Positions 9,240-19,112 of a stretch of DNA of 64,000 nucleotides are shown here, one piece after another. The notes under the pieces were generated by a model, which did not search any database, was not told the DNA's origin, and worked only from the letters and a program-made list of their open reading frames with translations. The stretch is from assembly GCA_029249225.1 (NCBI GenBank), contig JAQWHT010000114.1:32103-96102 (forward strand), written 5' to 3'. A program made the position numbers and the translations under genes. The DNA is from Flavobacteriaceae bacterium. Its GTDB lineage: Bacteria > Bacteroidota > Bacteroidia > Flavobacteriales > Flavobacteriaceae. The stretch's first letter is position 1. The number at the start of each line of letters is the position of its first letter.

Positions 9240-10760
9240 ATGACTATACTTACAGGCCTGTTAAACTCAATTAAAAGCCCAATGAATTCATTCTCTGTTT
9301 TAGATTCTCTTAAATTCAGCAAAAAAAAATTTTTTAGAGCACCTCAATGGGAACTTAAGCTAGTCGTTCGAATTCTAATCGGCTTCTTAGTTCTTTATTT
9401 TTTAGCGGTTTTTTTGTTTTTAGGAGTTGGGGGATATTATATCCTTACAAAAGAGAGCCCCGAAAAAAACCCAATTTTTATAATTAACACTCTCCTTGGC
9501 CTTTACTTTTTTGCAGACCTCATTGTGCGGTATTTTTTTCAAAGCCTCCCTGTCACAGAGGTCAAACCCCTTCTGCTTCTTCCTATTCCAAAAAAAGAGA
9601 TCATTCAGATTGTGCTTACGCGCTCTCTGGCGTCATTTTTTAATTTTATTCCAATAGTTGTTTTACTCCCTTTTTGCATTGTTTTTTCTGTTGAAAAAGG
9701 ATTCAGCTTTTCAGTTTGGACTTGGTTTGTTGCAATAATATGTCTTTCATTAAGCTCAAATTTTTGGGTGTATTTGATAAATAAAAGCAAACAATCAGCT
9801 GCAGTGTTTTTTGGGACTTTTGTAGCCTTGTATGCTTTAGAAAAATTCACTCCTCTATCTGTGTTGGATTTATTTGCTCAAGGAATGAACCTAATTCATG
9901 AAGAGCTTTACTGGGTTCTTATTCCCTTGGGGTTATTGTATTTTTCAATTTCAATTTCAGCAAAATTTTTAAAGAAGCAACTCTTTTTAGACAAAGGTCT
10001 AAGCAAAAAAAGAGAAGGAGTCGTTGGGGCCAATCTGAATTTCTTTGACCGATGGGAGGGGATGGGTTTTTTAATAAAAAATGATATCCGATTGATTATA
10101 CGAAACATTCGAGCAAGACAAGTTGTTCTGATGGGAGCGTTGTTTCTCTTTTATGGTTTGTTTTTCTTTACTCAGCAGCAATATCTCGAACAACCAACTA
10201 TCCTCGTTTTCTCAGGCTTATTCATAACAGGAGGTTTCATGATTACTTTTGGTCAATATGTTCCAGCATGGGATAGCGAATATTACAGCTTTTTGATGTG
10301 TCAAAATGTGTCCTACCGGAAGTACCTGAGTTCTAAACTTTACCTGATGATGTTTTCTGTATTAGTTTGTACCATTATATCTTTTCCTTATAGCTTTTTT
10401 GGGATTGATGTAATGCTTATTATTTGGGCATCAGGTATTTTTAATTTTGGTTTCGGGTCCATTATTACACTCTATTCTGGAGCTTTTAATAGCACACCTG
10501 TTAAATTGAACATCAAAGCTAAAGCCTTTGAAAACACCCAAAATTTTAGTTTTGTTCAGATGTTATTCATTCTTCCAAAATTAATTTTACCAGTATTAGT
10601 TTTTTATCTACCCTACGCTTTTTTTGGATTTAACTCAGGATTGGCAGGTCTTATATTTACGGGCTTATTGGGATTGTTGTTTCAAAAGCAATTGCTAAAT
10701 ATTATCGAGAAAACATATCACAAAAAAAAGTACCAAACACTAAGCTCATTCAATAAATGA
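9240..10760 (+). CDS. large polytopic membrane protein (DUF5687-like), putative permease partner of the downstream ABC ATPase
   Basis: About 500 aa with many TM segments. Its stop overlaps the ATG of the ABC ATPase (ATGA). The start is uncertain (ATG 9240 or 9282); the first 72 nt of track ORF 9168 overlap the divergent gene and are rejected. Confidence 0.5.
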   Translation: MTILTGLLNSIKSPMNSFSVLDSLKFSKKKFFRAPQWELKLVVRILIGFLVLYFLAVFLFLGVGGYYILTKESPEKNPIFIINTLLGLYFFADLIVRYFFQSLPVTEVKPLLLLPIPKKEIIQIVLTRSLASFFNFIPIVVLLPFCIVFSVEKGFSFSVWTWFVAIICLSLSSNFWVYLINKSKQSAAVFFGTFVALYALEKFTPLSVLDLFAQGMNLIHEELYWVLIPLGLLYFSISISAKFLKKQLFLDKGLSKKREGVVGANLNFFDRWEGMGFLIKNDIRLIIRNIRARQVVLMGALFLFYGLFFFTQQQYLEQPTILVFSGLFITGGFMITFGQYVPAWDSEYYSFLMCQNVSYRKYLSSKLYLMMFSVLVCTIISFPYSFFGIDVMLIIWASGIFNFGFGSIITLYSGAFNSTPVKLNIKAKAFENTQNFSFVQMLFILPKLILPVLVFYLPYAFFGFNSGLAGLIFTGLLGLLFQKQLLNIIEKTYHKKKYQTLSSFNK

Positions 10761-11461
10761 CACATATGATTAAAGTAAAAAACATTTCAAAAACATATTC
10801 TGGACAAGTAGTTTTGCAACTACCAGATCTTGAAATACCTAAAGCCCAACGCTTTGGCTTAGTTGGAAATAATGGAGCGGGAAAAACAACCTTATTTAGT
10901 TTGATTTTAGACCTGATTGAAGCCTCTAGTGGAGAGATTGCCATTAATGAGATTGATGTTAAAAAGAGCGAAGACTGGAAGCCATTAACGGCTGCTTTTA
11001 TCGACGAAAGTTATCTCATAGGGTATTTAACAGTAGAGGAATATTATTACTTTTTAGGTAATTTGAGAGGCGTTTCAAAAAGTGAGATTGACCAGTGGGT
11101 TCAAATCTTTGAACCGTTCTTTAATGGAGAAATTTTAGGTCAAAAAAAATACTTAAGGGACTTTTCAAAAGGAAATCAGAAAAAAGCAGGAATTGTAGGA
11201 ACATTAATTGGAAAACCGGAACTGGTGGTTTTGGACGAACCGTTTGCTAACTTAGATCCGACAACTCAAATTAGACTGAAGAACCTAATTCGAGAGGAAG
11301 CAGAAAAATACGGGACGACTTTTCTCGTATCTAGTCATGATTTAACCCATGTAACCGAAGTTTGTAATAGAATTGTGCTACTAGAGAAAGGTGTGATTAT
11401 TAAAGATATTGAGACAACTTCAGAGACCTTAAAAGAATTAGAATCGTATTTCTCAAATTAG
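10757..11461 (+). CDS. ABC transporter ATP-binding protein
   Basis: Walker A GNNGAGKTT, Walker B LVVLDEP, H-loop SSHD and a degenerate signature FSKGNQKK. Confidence 0.85.
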   Translation: MTHMIKVKNISKTYSGQVVLQLPDLEIPKAQRFGLVGNNGAGKTTLFSLILDLIEASSGEIAINEIDVKKSEDWKPLTAAFIDESYLIGYLTVEEYYYFLGNLRGVSKSEIDQWVQIFEPFFNGEILGQKKYLRDFSKGNQKKAGIVGTLIGKPELVVLDEPFANLDPTTQIRLKNLIREEAEKYGTTFLVSSHDLTHVTEVCNRIVLLEKGVIIKDIETTSETLKELESYFSN

Positions 11462-11521
11462 AGAAGGCGAAGAATATACTAATTCAGCGGTTTTTTAGTT
11501 ATTAACCTATAACGATCAAGC

Positions 11522-14008
11522 ATGCTTAAAAAAGACTTCTTTTTTTGGACTCTTTTACTTTTAGTGGGAACCTCACTTTCCTGTAGCACAAGTAAAAAAG
11601 GACTTTTAAACAAGGAATATCACGCTCTTACCACAAAGTATAATGTGTTATTTAACGGGAAAGAGGCATATACAATCGGGGAAACGATTTTATCTGAAGC
11701 TTTTGAAGAGAATTTTTATGAGCTTTTGCCGGTAGAGCCTATCAATTTGAGGGGAGAAAACTTTGACGAAACGACCATCGTACCGGGATTTGACCGAGCA
11801 GAAGAAAAAGCTGTAAAAGCAATACAAAAGCATTCCATTAAAATTGACGAAACGCAATACAACAGACAAATTGATGAAGCGTATCTTTTATTAGGAAAAG
11901 CACGTTATTTTGATCGAAGGTTTTTTCCTGCTCTTGAAGCATTCAATTTTTTGTTGGAAAGTGGAGCAAACCCAAGCGTCTACTTTGAAGGAAGAATTTG
12001 GCGTGAAAAAACAAATATCCGCTTAAAGAATATTGAACTTGCTGTTGAAAACTTGAGACCTTTAGTTCAGTCTATATCAGTTAAGAATAAATTTTACCCC
12101 CTTGCTAATGCAACTTTAGCCGATGCTTTTATTCAATTAAAACAAATCGATTCCGCATCATTTTATATTGATAGAGCGGCAAGATATGAGCCCAAACGTA
12201 AAAACAAGGCGCGTTATTTATTCATTTCAGGGCAATTATTAGAAACACTTGGGTTGATCGACAGTGCTCGCTTGGCGTATAACGGAATTGGCGAACTAAA
12301 TCGAAAAGCACCGAGAAATATTTTAATCCAAGCCAAAATAAAAAACACGCTGCTTGAATCAACGGCCTCAATAGAAGAGAAACTAGAACAAATAGAAAGA
12401 CTCCTAAAAAACTACGAAAACGAACCTTTTGAACACAGTATTCAAAGCGCTATAGCAAAGGTGTATTTAGAGCAGGGAGAAGATAGTTTGGCCTTGGTTT
12501 ATTTTGATAAATCACTTCGAGCTCCGTCTTTAGATTCGTATACTGAAATTCAAAATTATCAAAGTTTGGCATCCTATTTTTTTGACATAGGATCCTACTT
12601 AAAAACAGGAGAATACCTGGACAGGATGCTTCCTTTTTTTGAAGAGACGTCAACCCGATACAAGCAACTAAAACGGGAACGAGAGAATTTATCTGACGTA
12701 ATTCTTTATGAAGAGACAGTCGAAGCAACAGACAGTATTTTGGGGATTCTTTCTCTATCGAAAGAAGAGCAGATTCAATATTTCAACAATTATATTGAAG
12801 GGAAACAAATAAGTGCTAAAAAAGAACTTGAAGCAATTGAGGAAAAGAAAAAATTTCAACTTTTGGGCCGTTCTGAATCCTCATTTTACTTTTACAACTC
12901 AAATTTAATTCTGCAAGGAAAGCAAAGTTATTTAGCAAACTGGGGGGACAGGCCAAATGTAGACAATTGGAGAAGCGCTTTAGCGATTGAATCGGTAAGT
13001 CGGGTGGATACTTCTGCCATTGCTGAATCTAAGCCAACCAAACAAATACTTCAGGAAACACCAGAAAGTTTTATCAGCGCTTTACCTCAAACAATAGAAG
13101 AACAAGACAGTATTAAATCAGTAAATCATAAGGCATATCTTCAATTAGGGATGATTTACAAAGAAAAATTCAAAAACTTTTCCTTAGCTCAAGACCGTTT
13201 AGAACATTTATTAGAGCAAAATACAACTGATGAAATTAAAGTACAATCTCTGTATCATTTGTTCAGGATGGCAATAAGACAAGACTCTTTGCAAGCGGAG
13301 GAATATAAAAAGGCATTATTGGAGGATTATTCTGAGACACCCTTTGCTCAACTTATTTCAGATCCTGAAAATTTTGACAATTCCCAGTTGGTTACACCCG
13401 AGGTGCTTTACAAGGGAGTTCTTAAACTATATCGAGAACAACGACTTGCATCTGCCTTAGAAGAGATTGAACCTCTGATGATTTTGGCTAGTGGGAGTAG
13501 CATTGAGCCTAAAACAGCATTGTTAAAAGCACACCTAGATGGAAGACTAAAAGGTGTTGAGGCATGGAAAGAAGCACTTGCTGACGTTGTGGCAAATTAT
13601 AGCGCTTCCGAAGAAGCTAAAAATGCCAAATCTCTTATTGAAGAAATTGAGGCAAATAATGATCTTAAAGAGACAGGAATTGTCTATAAGAATTACAAGT
13701 GGATTTTCCCTTTTTTATCCAGTGAAACCGATCGATCAGCGGCTTTTTTTGACCAATTATCGGCGGCTTTAAAGACCTTGAAAAAAAGATGGTCTGTGAG
13801 TTTAGATCAATTTAGTGAAGAGCATACTTTTGTAGTTGTTCATGGAATACGAGATCCAAATCAAATAGAAAGAATTAAAAGAAATTTTGGGATATCTGAA
13901 TTGATTATTCAAAATAGCGATAATTTTGTAGCTTTAACTTCCCAATATCGAACCATTATCAAAAACAAAAATTGGAAAAAACTTCAAAATGAAAGGATTA
14001 GATACTAA
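11522..14008 (+). CDS. sprE: TPR-repeat lipoprotein, SprE/PorW-like (type IX secretion / gliding)
   Basis: Lipobox LSCST, an N-terminal YHALTTKYNVLFNG motif that I associate with SprE/PorW, 828 aa of TPR-like helical repeats, and a position upstream of bactofilin plus the atp operon. The call is from memory and has not been searched. Confidence 0.5.
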   Translation: MLKKDFFFWTLLLLVGTSLSCSTSKKGLLNKEYHALTTKYNVLFNGKEAYTIGETILSEAFEENFYELLPVEPINLRGENFDETTIVPGFDRAEEKAVKAIQKHSIKIDETQYNRQIDEAYLLLGKARYFDRRFFPALEAFNFLLESGANPSVYFEGRIWREKTNIRLKNIELAVENLRPLVQSISVKNKFYPLANATLADAFIQLKQIDSASFYIDRAARYEPKRKNKARYLFISGQLLETLGLIDSARLAYNGIGELNRKAPRNILIQAKIKNTLLESTASIEEKLEQIERLLKNYENEPFEHSIQSAIAKVYLEQGEDSLALVYFDKSLRAPSLDSYTEIQNYQSLASYFFDIGSYLKTGEYLDRMLPFFEETSTRYKQLKRERENLSDVILYEETVEATDSILGILSLSKEEQIQYFNNYIEGKQISAKKELEAIEEKKKFQLLGRSESSFYFYNSNLILQGKQSYLANWGDRPNVDNWRSALAIESVSRVDTSAIAESKPTKQILQETPESFISALPQTIEEQDSIKSVNHKAYLQLGMIYKEKFKNFSLAQDRLEHLLEQNTTDEIKVQSLYHLFRMAIRQDSLQAEEYKKALLEDYSETPFAQLISDPENFDNSQLVTPEVLYKGVLKLYREQRLASALEEIEPLMILASGSSIEPKTALLKAHLDGRLKGVEAWKEALADVVANYSASEEAKNAKSLIEEIEANNDLKETGIVYKNYKWIFPFLSSETDRSAAFFDQLSAALKTLKKRWSVSLDQFSEEHTFVVVHGIRDPNQIERIKRNFGISELIIQNSDNFVALTSQYRTIIKNKNWKKLQNERIRY

Positions 14009-14372
14009 CGGCCAATACAGTAAAATAGACCAAAATACTTCTTTAAAAGGAACACTTAAAGCCAAAACAGATATTCGAATCGATGGCAAATTAGAAGGGA
14101 GTGTTCAAACTTCTGGTAAAGTAATTTTAGGAAAGCAAGCTAAAGTAGTAGGTGAAGTTGACTGTACAAACGCAGAAATTGAAGGTCTTTTCAAAGGAAA
14201 GCTTGTTGTTTCGGGAGTGTTAAATTTAAAATCAACTTCAAATGTTGAGGGCGAAGTAAAGACTCAAAAACTTATAGTAGAGGCTGGTGCAACGTTCAAT
14301 GCTCAATGTAAGATGCAAGCTGCTGAAGAAGGGGTCAAAAAGTTAAGTGACTCTCATGAAAAAACAGCCTAA
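13989..14372 (+). CDS. bactofilin family polymer-forming protein
   Basis: 127 aa with repetitive beta-helix pattern G-x-V/I-x-G (IDGKLEGSVQTSGKVILGKQAKVVGEVDCTNAEIEG...). Overlaps the upstream gene by 20 nt. Confidence 0.8.
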   Translation: MKGLDTNGQYSKIDQNTSLKGTLKAKTDIRIDGKLEGSVQTSGKVILGKQAKVVGEVDCTNAEIEGLFKGKLVVSGVLNLKSTSNVEGEVKTQKLIVEAGATFNAQCKMQAAEEGVKKLSDSHEKTA

Positions 14373-14568
14373 TAAGTGGCTAATATTTTCAAGTTTAGCT
14401 TTTCAAATCGCCATAATTATGTTCGCAGCTGTTAAGCTTGGCGCCTATTTAGACACCAAATACAATCTATCGAATAAATTCGCTTCACTTTTACTTTCAG
14501 GGTTTGGATTGGTAACCATTCTATGGCTTATATACCAGCAGAGCAAGAACTTTTGGGATAAGGAATGA
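14356..14568 (+). CDS. AtpZ/AtpI-like small membrane protein
   Basis: About 70 aa with two TM helices, directly ahead of the F0 genes. ATG 14356 is preferred over the track's GTG 14347. Confidence 0.55.
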   Translation: MKKQPNKWLIFSSLAFQIAIIMFAAVKLGAYLDTKYNLSNKFASLLLSGFGLVTILWLIYQQSKNFWDKE

Positions 14569-14924
14569 AAAAACTCTTGGCTTTTTTGACGCTACTTTTT
14601 TTATTGATGTCCATTGGATTGGCTTTTCATGTCCAATTTATACCCTTAGAAAAGCGTTTTTTAATTCAAAGTTATGGAGTGAATACTTTGGTTGCACTAA
14701 TTGCACTGGTATTATTGGGAAGTGGAATCGACAAAAAAAAATTGAATCTTGCGGTCTTGTATCTTGTTACAGTTGCGTTAAAGTTTACAGTATACGTTAT
14801 TTTTTTCTACCCCAGACTCCATGCAGACGGGATTTTGGAGCGTCAGGAATTTTTCATGTTTTTTGTTCCTTACGGCTTAGGTCTTATTTTAGAAATCATG
14901 CTTTTGGCAAGGAGCCAGAACTAG
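14565..14924 (+). CDS. small 4-TM membrane protein of unknown function in the atp leader region
   Basis: 119 aa, hydrophobic, with an ATGA overlap with the AtpZ-like gene. Confidence 0.45.
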   Translation: MKKLLAFLTLLFLLMSIGLAFHVQFIPLEKRFLIQSYGVNTLVALIALVLLGSGIDKKKLNLAVLYLVTVALKFTVYVIFFYPRLHADGILERQEFFMFFVPYGLGLILEIMLLARSQN

Positions 14925-15037
14925 TTTTTTTTGACAAGCGATTTGTCTGAGAGCTGTTTTGGGCAACACAAATACTCTCCCTTTTTAAAAGAAAATCAAA
15001 AAAGTATTTAATTGTTTCTTTATTTATTCTAAAGCCT

Positions 15038-15045
15038 TACATTTG
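15038..15045 (+). promoter_or_regulatory. Bacteroidota -7 box (TACATTTG) upstream of atpB
   Basis: Perfect TAnnTTTG 34 nt upstream of ATG 15080, inside a 155-bp intergenic gap. A TTG lies at 15012-15014. Confidence 0.45.
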
Positions 15046-15079
15046 CAGCGCTAAAAACCACTATTTATAATTACGTTTT

Positions 15080-16183
15080 ATGCCTTTGGTGCTCAACAAA
15101 ATTTTTCTTATTTCTGCCTTGGTAGCAACATTTTTTTCAGCGCCTAAATTTGTATCCGCAAAAGAAACAGCGGATTCAACCAAAGACTTAAAGTCAGAAA
15201 TTAAAGAATATATTTCTCATCACCTTGAAGACGCATATGATTTCAGTCTTTATTCCTATACCAATGAAAAAGGTGAGCACATATACATCAGTATTCCCCT
15301 GCCTGTAATTTTATGGGACAATGGGCTTCAAATATTTTCTTCAAGTAAATTACACCATGGAGAAGAGGTCGCCCGCGTTGGCTCTAATTACTACAAACTA
15401 GAGCATGGTAAAATTTATAAAACAGATGTAGAAGGGACAATTACTTATGATGAAGCTCATCATGCAACAAATTACGCACCTCTAGATCTATCGATCACCA
15501 AAGGCGTAGTCAGTATGCTTTTTATAGCCTTATTGATGTTTTGGCTTTTCAGGTCTCTCGCGAAAACCTATTCTGAGAATAATGGAGTTCCTGTTGGAGT
15601 AGGTCGTTTTTTTGAACCGATCGTTCTTTATATCAGAGATGATATTGCAAGACCGAATATAGGAGAAAAAAAGTATATGAAATACATGAACTTTTTGTTG
15701 ACCGTATTCTTCTTTGTTTGGTTTCTCAACTTACTTGGATTGACTCCCCTTGGGGTAAATGTAACAGGGAATATTGCAGTGACCTTTGGTCTTGCACTTT
15801 TGACTTTCTTGATCACGAATTTTACAGGAACGAAAGATTATTGGTTACACCTTTTTGATCCTTTGGGATCTTCCATGAAATGGTATGCGAAAATACCGCT
15901 TTACATTATTTTAATTCCGATAGAGGTTTTAGGAATTTTCATAAAACCATTTTCATTACTTATCCGATTGTATGCAAACATGCAGGCAGGGCATATTGTT
16001 TTGATGAGCTTGATTGGATTAATTTTTATTTTTAAAAGTTGGTTGGGAAGTCCTTTATCCTTTGGTTTGGCTTTTGCAATCTCATTAATAGAATTGTTAG
16101 TGGCTTTGTTACAAGCCTATATTTTCACAATGCTTTCAGCCCTCTACTTTGGTTTTGCCGCGGAGGAACATGAGCATCATTAA
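15080..16183 (+). CDS. atpB: F0F1 ATP synthase subunit a
   Basis: C-terminal LIRLYANMQAGH with the essential Arg. The long N-terminal extension is typical of Bacteroidota. Confidence 0.9.
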   Translation: MPLVLNKIFLISALVATFFSAPKFVSAKETADSTKDLKSEIKEYISHHLEDAYDFSLYSYTNEKGEHIYISIPLPVILWDNGLQIFSSSKLHHGEEVARVGSNYYKLEHGKIYKTDVEGTITYDEAHHATNYAPLDLSITKGVVSMLFIALLMFWLFRSLAKTYSENNGVPVGVGRFFEPIVLYIRDDIARPNIGEKKYMKYMNFLLTVFFFVWFLNLLGLTPLGVNVTGNIAVTFGLALLTFLITNFTGTKDYWLHLFDPLGSSMKWYAKIPLYIILIPIEVLGIFIKPFSLLIRLYANMQAGHIVLMSLIGLIFIFKSWLGSPLSFGLAFAISLIELLVALLQAYIFTMLSALYFGFAAEEHEHH

Positions 16184-16234
16184 TTAATACACAGTATAGT
16201 GTCAAAAAAGAATGTTTAATTTAAATTTATAACT

Positions 16235-16426
16235 ATGGAAATTCCAGTAATGGTAGGTGCCGGTTTAGTAGTAATCGGAGTAGGTATGGGTATCGGTAGA
16301 ATCGGTGGTTCTGCGATGGAGGCTATTGGCCGCCAACCAGATGCTTATGGTAAAATTCAAACAGCAATGTTAATTGCTGCAGCTCTTGTAGAGGGAATTG
16401 GTTTTGCTGCTTTATTTGCAGTATAA
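16235..16426 (+). CDS. atpE: F0F1 ATP synthase subunit c
   Basis: 63-aa hairpin, RQP loop, and a carboxylate in AALVEGIGF. Confidence 0.9.
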   Translation: MEIPVMVGAGLVVIGVGMGIGRIGGSAMEAIGRQPDAYGKIQTAMLIAAALVEGIGFAALFAV

Positions 16427-16472
16427 ACGTGTCATTACCTTTTAGAGGTACTTTAACGTAAAGTTTTAAACG

Positions 16473-16973
16473 ATGGAAAAATTAATTAGTGAGTTTTCTA
16501 TAGGCCTATTCTTTTGGCAATCAATGATTTTCATTGGATTGCTCTTTCTTCTAAGAAAATATGCTTGGGGCCCTATTTTGAGTGCTGTAAATGAGCGTGA
16601 AACGTCAATTAAAGATGCATTAGCTTCAGCTGAAGCTGCTCGGTCTGAAATGGAAGTGTTACAATCAGATAACCAGCGAATTCTCAAAGAGGCTCGTGCA
16701 GAAAAAGAGGCAATGCTTAAGGAAGCACAAAGTACACGTGCGGAATTAATCAAGACAGCTAAAGAAGAAGCACAGCAAGAGGCGGATAAAATTCTGACTC
16801 AAGCACAAGAAGCCATCCAAAATGAAAAACGTGCTGCAATCAGTGAGCTCAAAGAACAAGTCGGTTCTATTGCCATGGACATTGCGGAAAAAGTGCTACA
16901 GAAGGAATTAGAAAGCAAAGACAAACAAGTAGAATTGATAGCTCAATTACTACAAGACTCTGACTTAAAATAA
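16473..16973 (+). CDS. atpF: F0F1 ATP synthase subunit b
   Basis: One N-terminal TM helix followed by a long charged coiled coil, at the expected operon position. Confidence 0.85.
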   Translation: MEKLISEFSIGLFFWQSMIFIGLLFLLRKYAWGPILSAVNERETSIKDALASAEAARSEMEVLQSDNQRILKEARAEKEAMLKEAQSTRAELIKTAKEEAQQEADKILTQAQEAIQNEKRAAISELKEQVGSIAMDIAEKVLQKELESKDKQVELIAQLLQDSDLK

Positions 16974-17518
16974 TGAAAGCAACGCGAGCTTCGCTTCGAT
17001 ATGCTAAGGCAACTCTATCAATTGCTGAAGAGGTAAAGTCCTCTCATGCAGTGTCTGTTGATATGCAGTCACTATTAATGGTGATGAAGGCAAATGAAGA
17101 ACTGAATTTAATGTTGGAAAATCCAATGTTAGGTGCGGAGAAGAAGCAAGCAGTTTTGAATGAACTCATGCCGAAAGCAAGTGAGTACACGAAAAAGCTT
17201 TTTTCATTGTTGGCAAGTAACAATCGTATGGAATTATTGGAACCTACGTGTGTCCAATTTTTACAGTTGTATGCTGCTCAAAAGGGAGAAGTAACGGCCA
17301 CTTTAACAACGGCTGTACCTCTTACTGAAGATCTAGAAACTCAAGTATTAGAGGAAGCAAAAAAATTAACCTCTAAAAAAGTGATTTTAGAAAACAACAT
17401 TGACCCTACAATCATAGGAGGATACATACTCAGGATTGGTGACATGCAATACGATGCAAGTGTATCAAATCAGTTGAAGTCAATCAAAACATCATTAATT
17501 AAAACGAACTCGATCTAA
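16973..17518 (+). CDS. atpH: F0F1 ATP synthase subunit delta
   Basis: 181 aa, OSCP-like, C-terminal IIGGYILRIGD motif. 1-nt overlap with atpF. Confidence 0.85.
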   Translation: MKATRASLRYAKATLSIAEEVKSSHAVSVDMQSLLMVMKANEELNLMLENPMLGAEKKQAVLNELMPKASEYTKKLFSLLASNNRMELLEPTCVQFLQLYAAQKGEVTATLTTAVPLTEDLETQVLEEAKKLTSKKVILENNIDPTIIGGYILRIGDMQYDASVSNQLKSIKTSLIKTNSI

Positions 17519-17530
17519 AGAATATTGATC

Positions 17531-19108
17531 ATGGCAGACGTAAATCCCGCTGAAGTATCAGCAATATTAAAAAAGCAATTAGCCGGTTACAGCTCAGGAA
17601 ACTCCTTGGATGAGGTTGGAACCGTGTTGGAAGTAGGTGACGGTATAGCACGCGTATTTGGACTTTCCAATGCGCAATATGGAGAATTGGTTTCTTTTGA
17701 CAACAACCTTGAGGGAATGGTCCTTAATTTGGAGGAAGATCACGTAGGGGTGGTACTTTTAGGAGCCTCCAAAGGTGTTAAAGAAGGAGATACTGTGAAA
17801 AGAACACAGCGTATTGCCTCTATTAATGTTGGTGAAGGCGTGGTTGGACGCGTGGTGAATACACTTGGATTTCCAATTGATGGTAAAGGAGCCATTGAAG
17901 GTGAAGTTTTTGAGATGCCTCTTGAGCGAAAAGCTCCTGGAGTTATTTTTCGTCAGCCTGTAAACGAGCCACTTCAAACAGGAATTAAATCTATCGATGC
18001 CATGATCCCAGTAGGTCGAGGGCAAAGGGAATTGGTTATTGGTGATCGTCAAACAGGAAAAACAACAGTCTGTATCGACACCATTCTAAATCAAAAAGAA
18101 TTCTATGATGCTGGAGAACCGGTTTACTGTGTTTATGTAGCCATCGGTCAAAAAGCTTCTACGGTTGCAGGAATTGCAAAAACGTTAGAAGATAAAGGGG
18201 CTTTAGCATATACGACTATTGTAGCAGCAAACGCATCAGACCCAGCTCCCATGCAAGTTTATGCACCCTTTGCAGGGGCAGCCATCGGAGAATATTTCAG
18301 AGATACCGGACGTCCGGCATTAATTATCTATGATGATCTATCAAAACAAGCCGTAGCCTATCGTGAAGTATCCCTTCTACTTAGAAGACCTCCAGGACGT
18401 GAAGCGTATCCAGGAGATGTATTTTACCTACACTCTCGCCTTTTAGAAAGAGCCGCAAAGGTAATTGACGACAACGATATTGCGAAAGAAATGAACGACC
18501 TGCCCAGCTCACTTAAAGAAAAAGTGAAGGGAGGAGGTTCACTAACCGCATTACCCATTATTGAAACCCAAGCAGGAGACGTTTCGGCGTATATTCCAAC
18601 CAATGTAATCTCGATTACGGATGGCCAGATTTTCTTAGAGTCTGACTTATTTAACTCAGGTGTTCGTCCAGCAATTAATGTAGGAATTTCAGTTTCCCGT
18701 GTAGGAGGTTCAGCTCAAATTAAGTCGATGAAAAAAGTTGCTGGAACATTAAAGTTAGATCAGGCTCAGTTCCGTGAATTAGAAGCATTTGCAAAGTTTG
18801 GTTCAGATTTGGATGCAGCGACATTAAATGTTATTGAAAAGGGAAAAAGGAATGTAGAGATTTTAAAACAAGCTCAAAACGATCCTTTTACAGTTGAAGA
18901 TCAGGTTGCAATCATTTATGCAGGATCAAAAAACCTATTGAGAAATGTACCCGTAGAAAGCGTAAAAGCGTTTGAACAATCGTTTTTGGAAACCTTGCGA
19001 AAAAAGCACGCAGAAACCTTAACTGAATTAAAAGCTGGAAAACTCACTGACGAGGTCTTGGATGTACTAAATGCAGTAGCTAAAGAAACAGCAAAACAAT
19101 TCGCTTAA
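17531..19108 (+). CDS. atpA: F0F1 ATP synthase subunit alpha
   Basis: GDRQTGKT Walker A and high overall alpha-subunit similarity. ATG 17531 is preferred over TTG 17525. Confidence 0.95.
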   Translation: MADVNPAEVSAILKKQLAGYSSGNSLDEVGTVLEVGDGIARVFGLSNAQYGELVSFDNNLEGMVLNLEEDHVGVVLLGASKGVKEGDTVKRTQRIASINVGEGVVGRVVNTLGFPIDGKGAIEGEVFEMPLERKAPGVIFRQPVNEPLQTGIKSIDAMIPVGRGQRELVIGDRQTGKTTVCIDTILNQKEFYDAGEPVYCVYVAIGQKASTVAGIAKTLEDKGALAYTTIVAANASDPAPMQVYAPFAGAAIGEYFRDTGRPALIIYDDLSKQAVAYREVSLLLRRPPGREAYPGDVFYLHSRLLERAAKVIDDNDIAKEMNDLPSSLKEKVKGGGSLTALPIIETQAGDVSAYIPTNVISITDGQIFLESDLFNSGVRPAINVGISVSRVGGSAQIKSMKKVAGTLKLDQAQFRELEAFAKFGSDLDAATLNVIEKGKRNVEILKQAQNDPFTVEDQVAIIYAGSKNLLRNVPVESVKAFEQSFLETLRKKHAETLTELKAGKLTDEVLDVLNAVAKETAKQFA

Positions 19109-19112
19109 AGAC

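Noticed and set aside
9215-9322. N-terminal 36-aa extension of the reductase ORF (8171..9322), plus the 24-aa extension of ORF 9168..10760. The two overlap each other head-to-head.
   Set aside because: The extensions overlap on opposite strands and contain no conserved sequence. A TAnnTTTG box at 9226-9233 sits inside the extension, directly ahead of internal ATG 9214.
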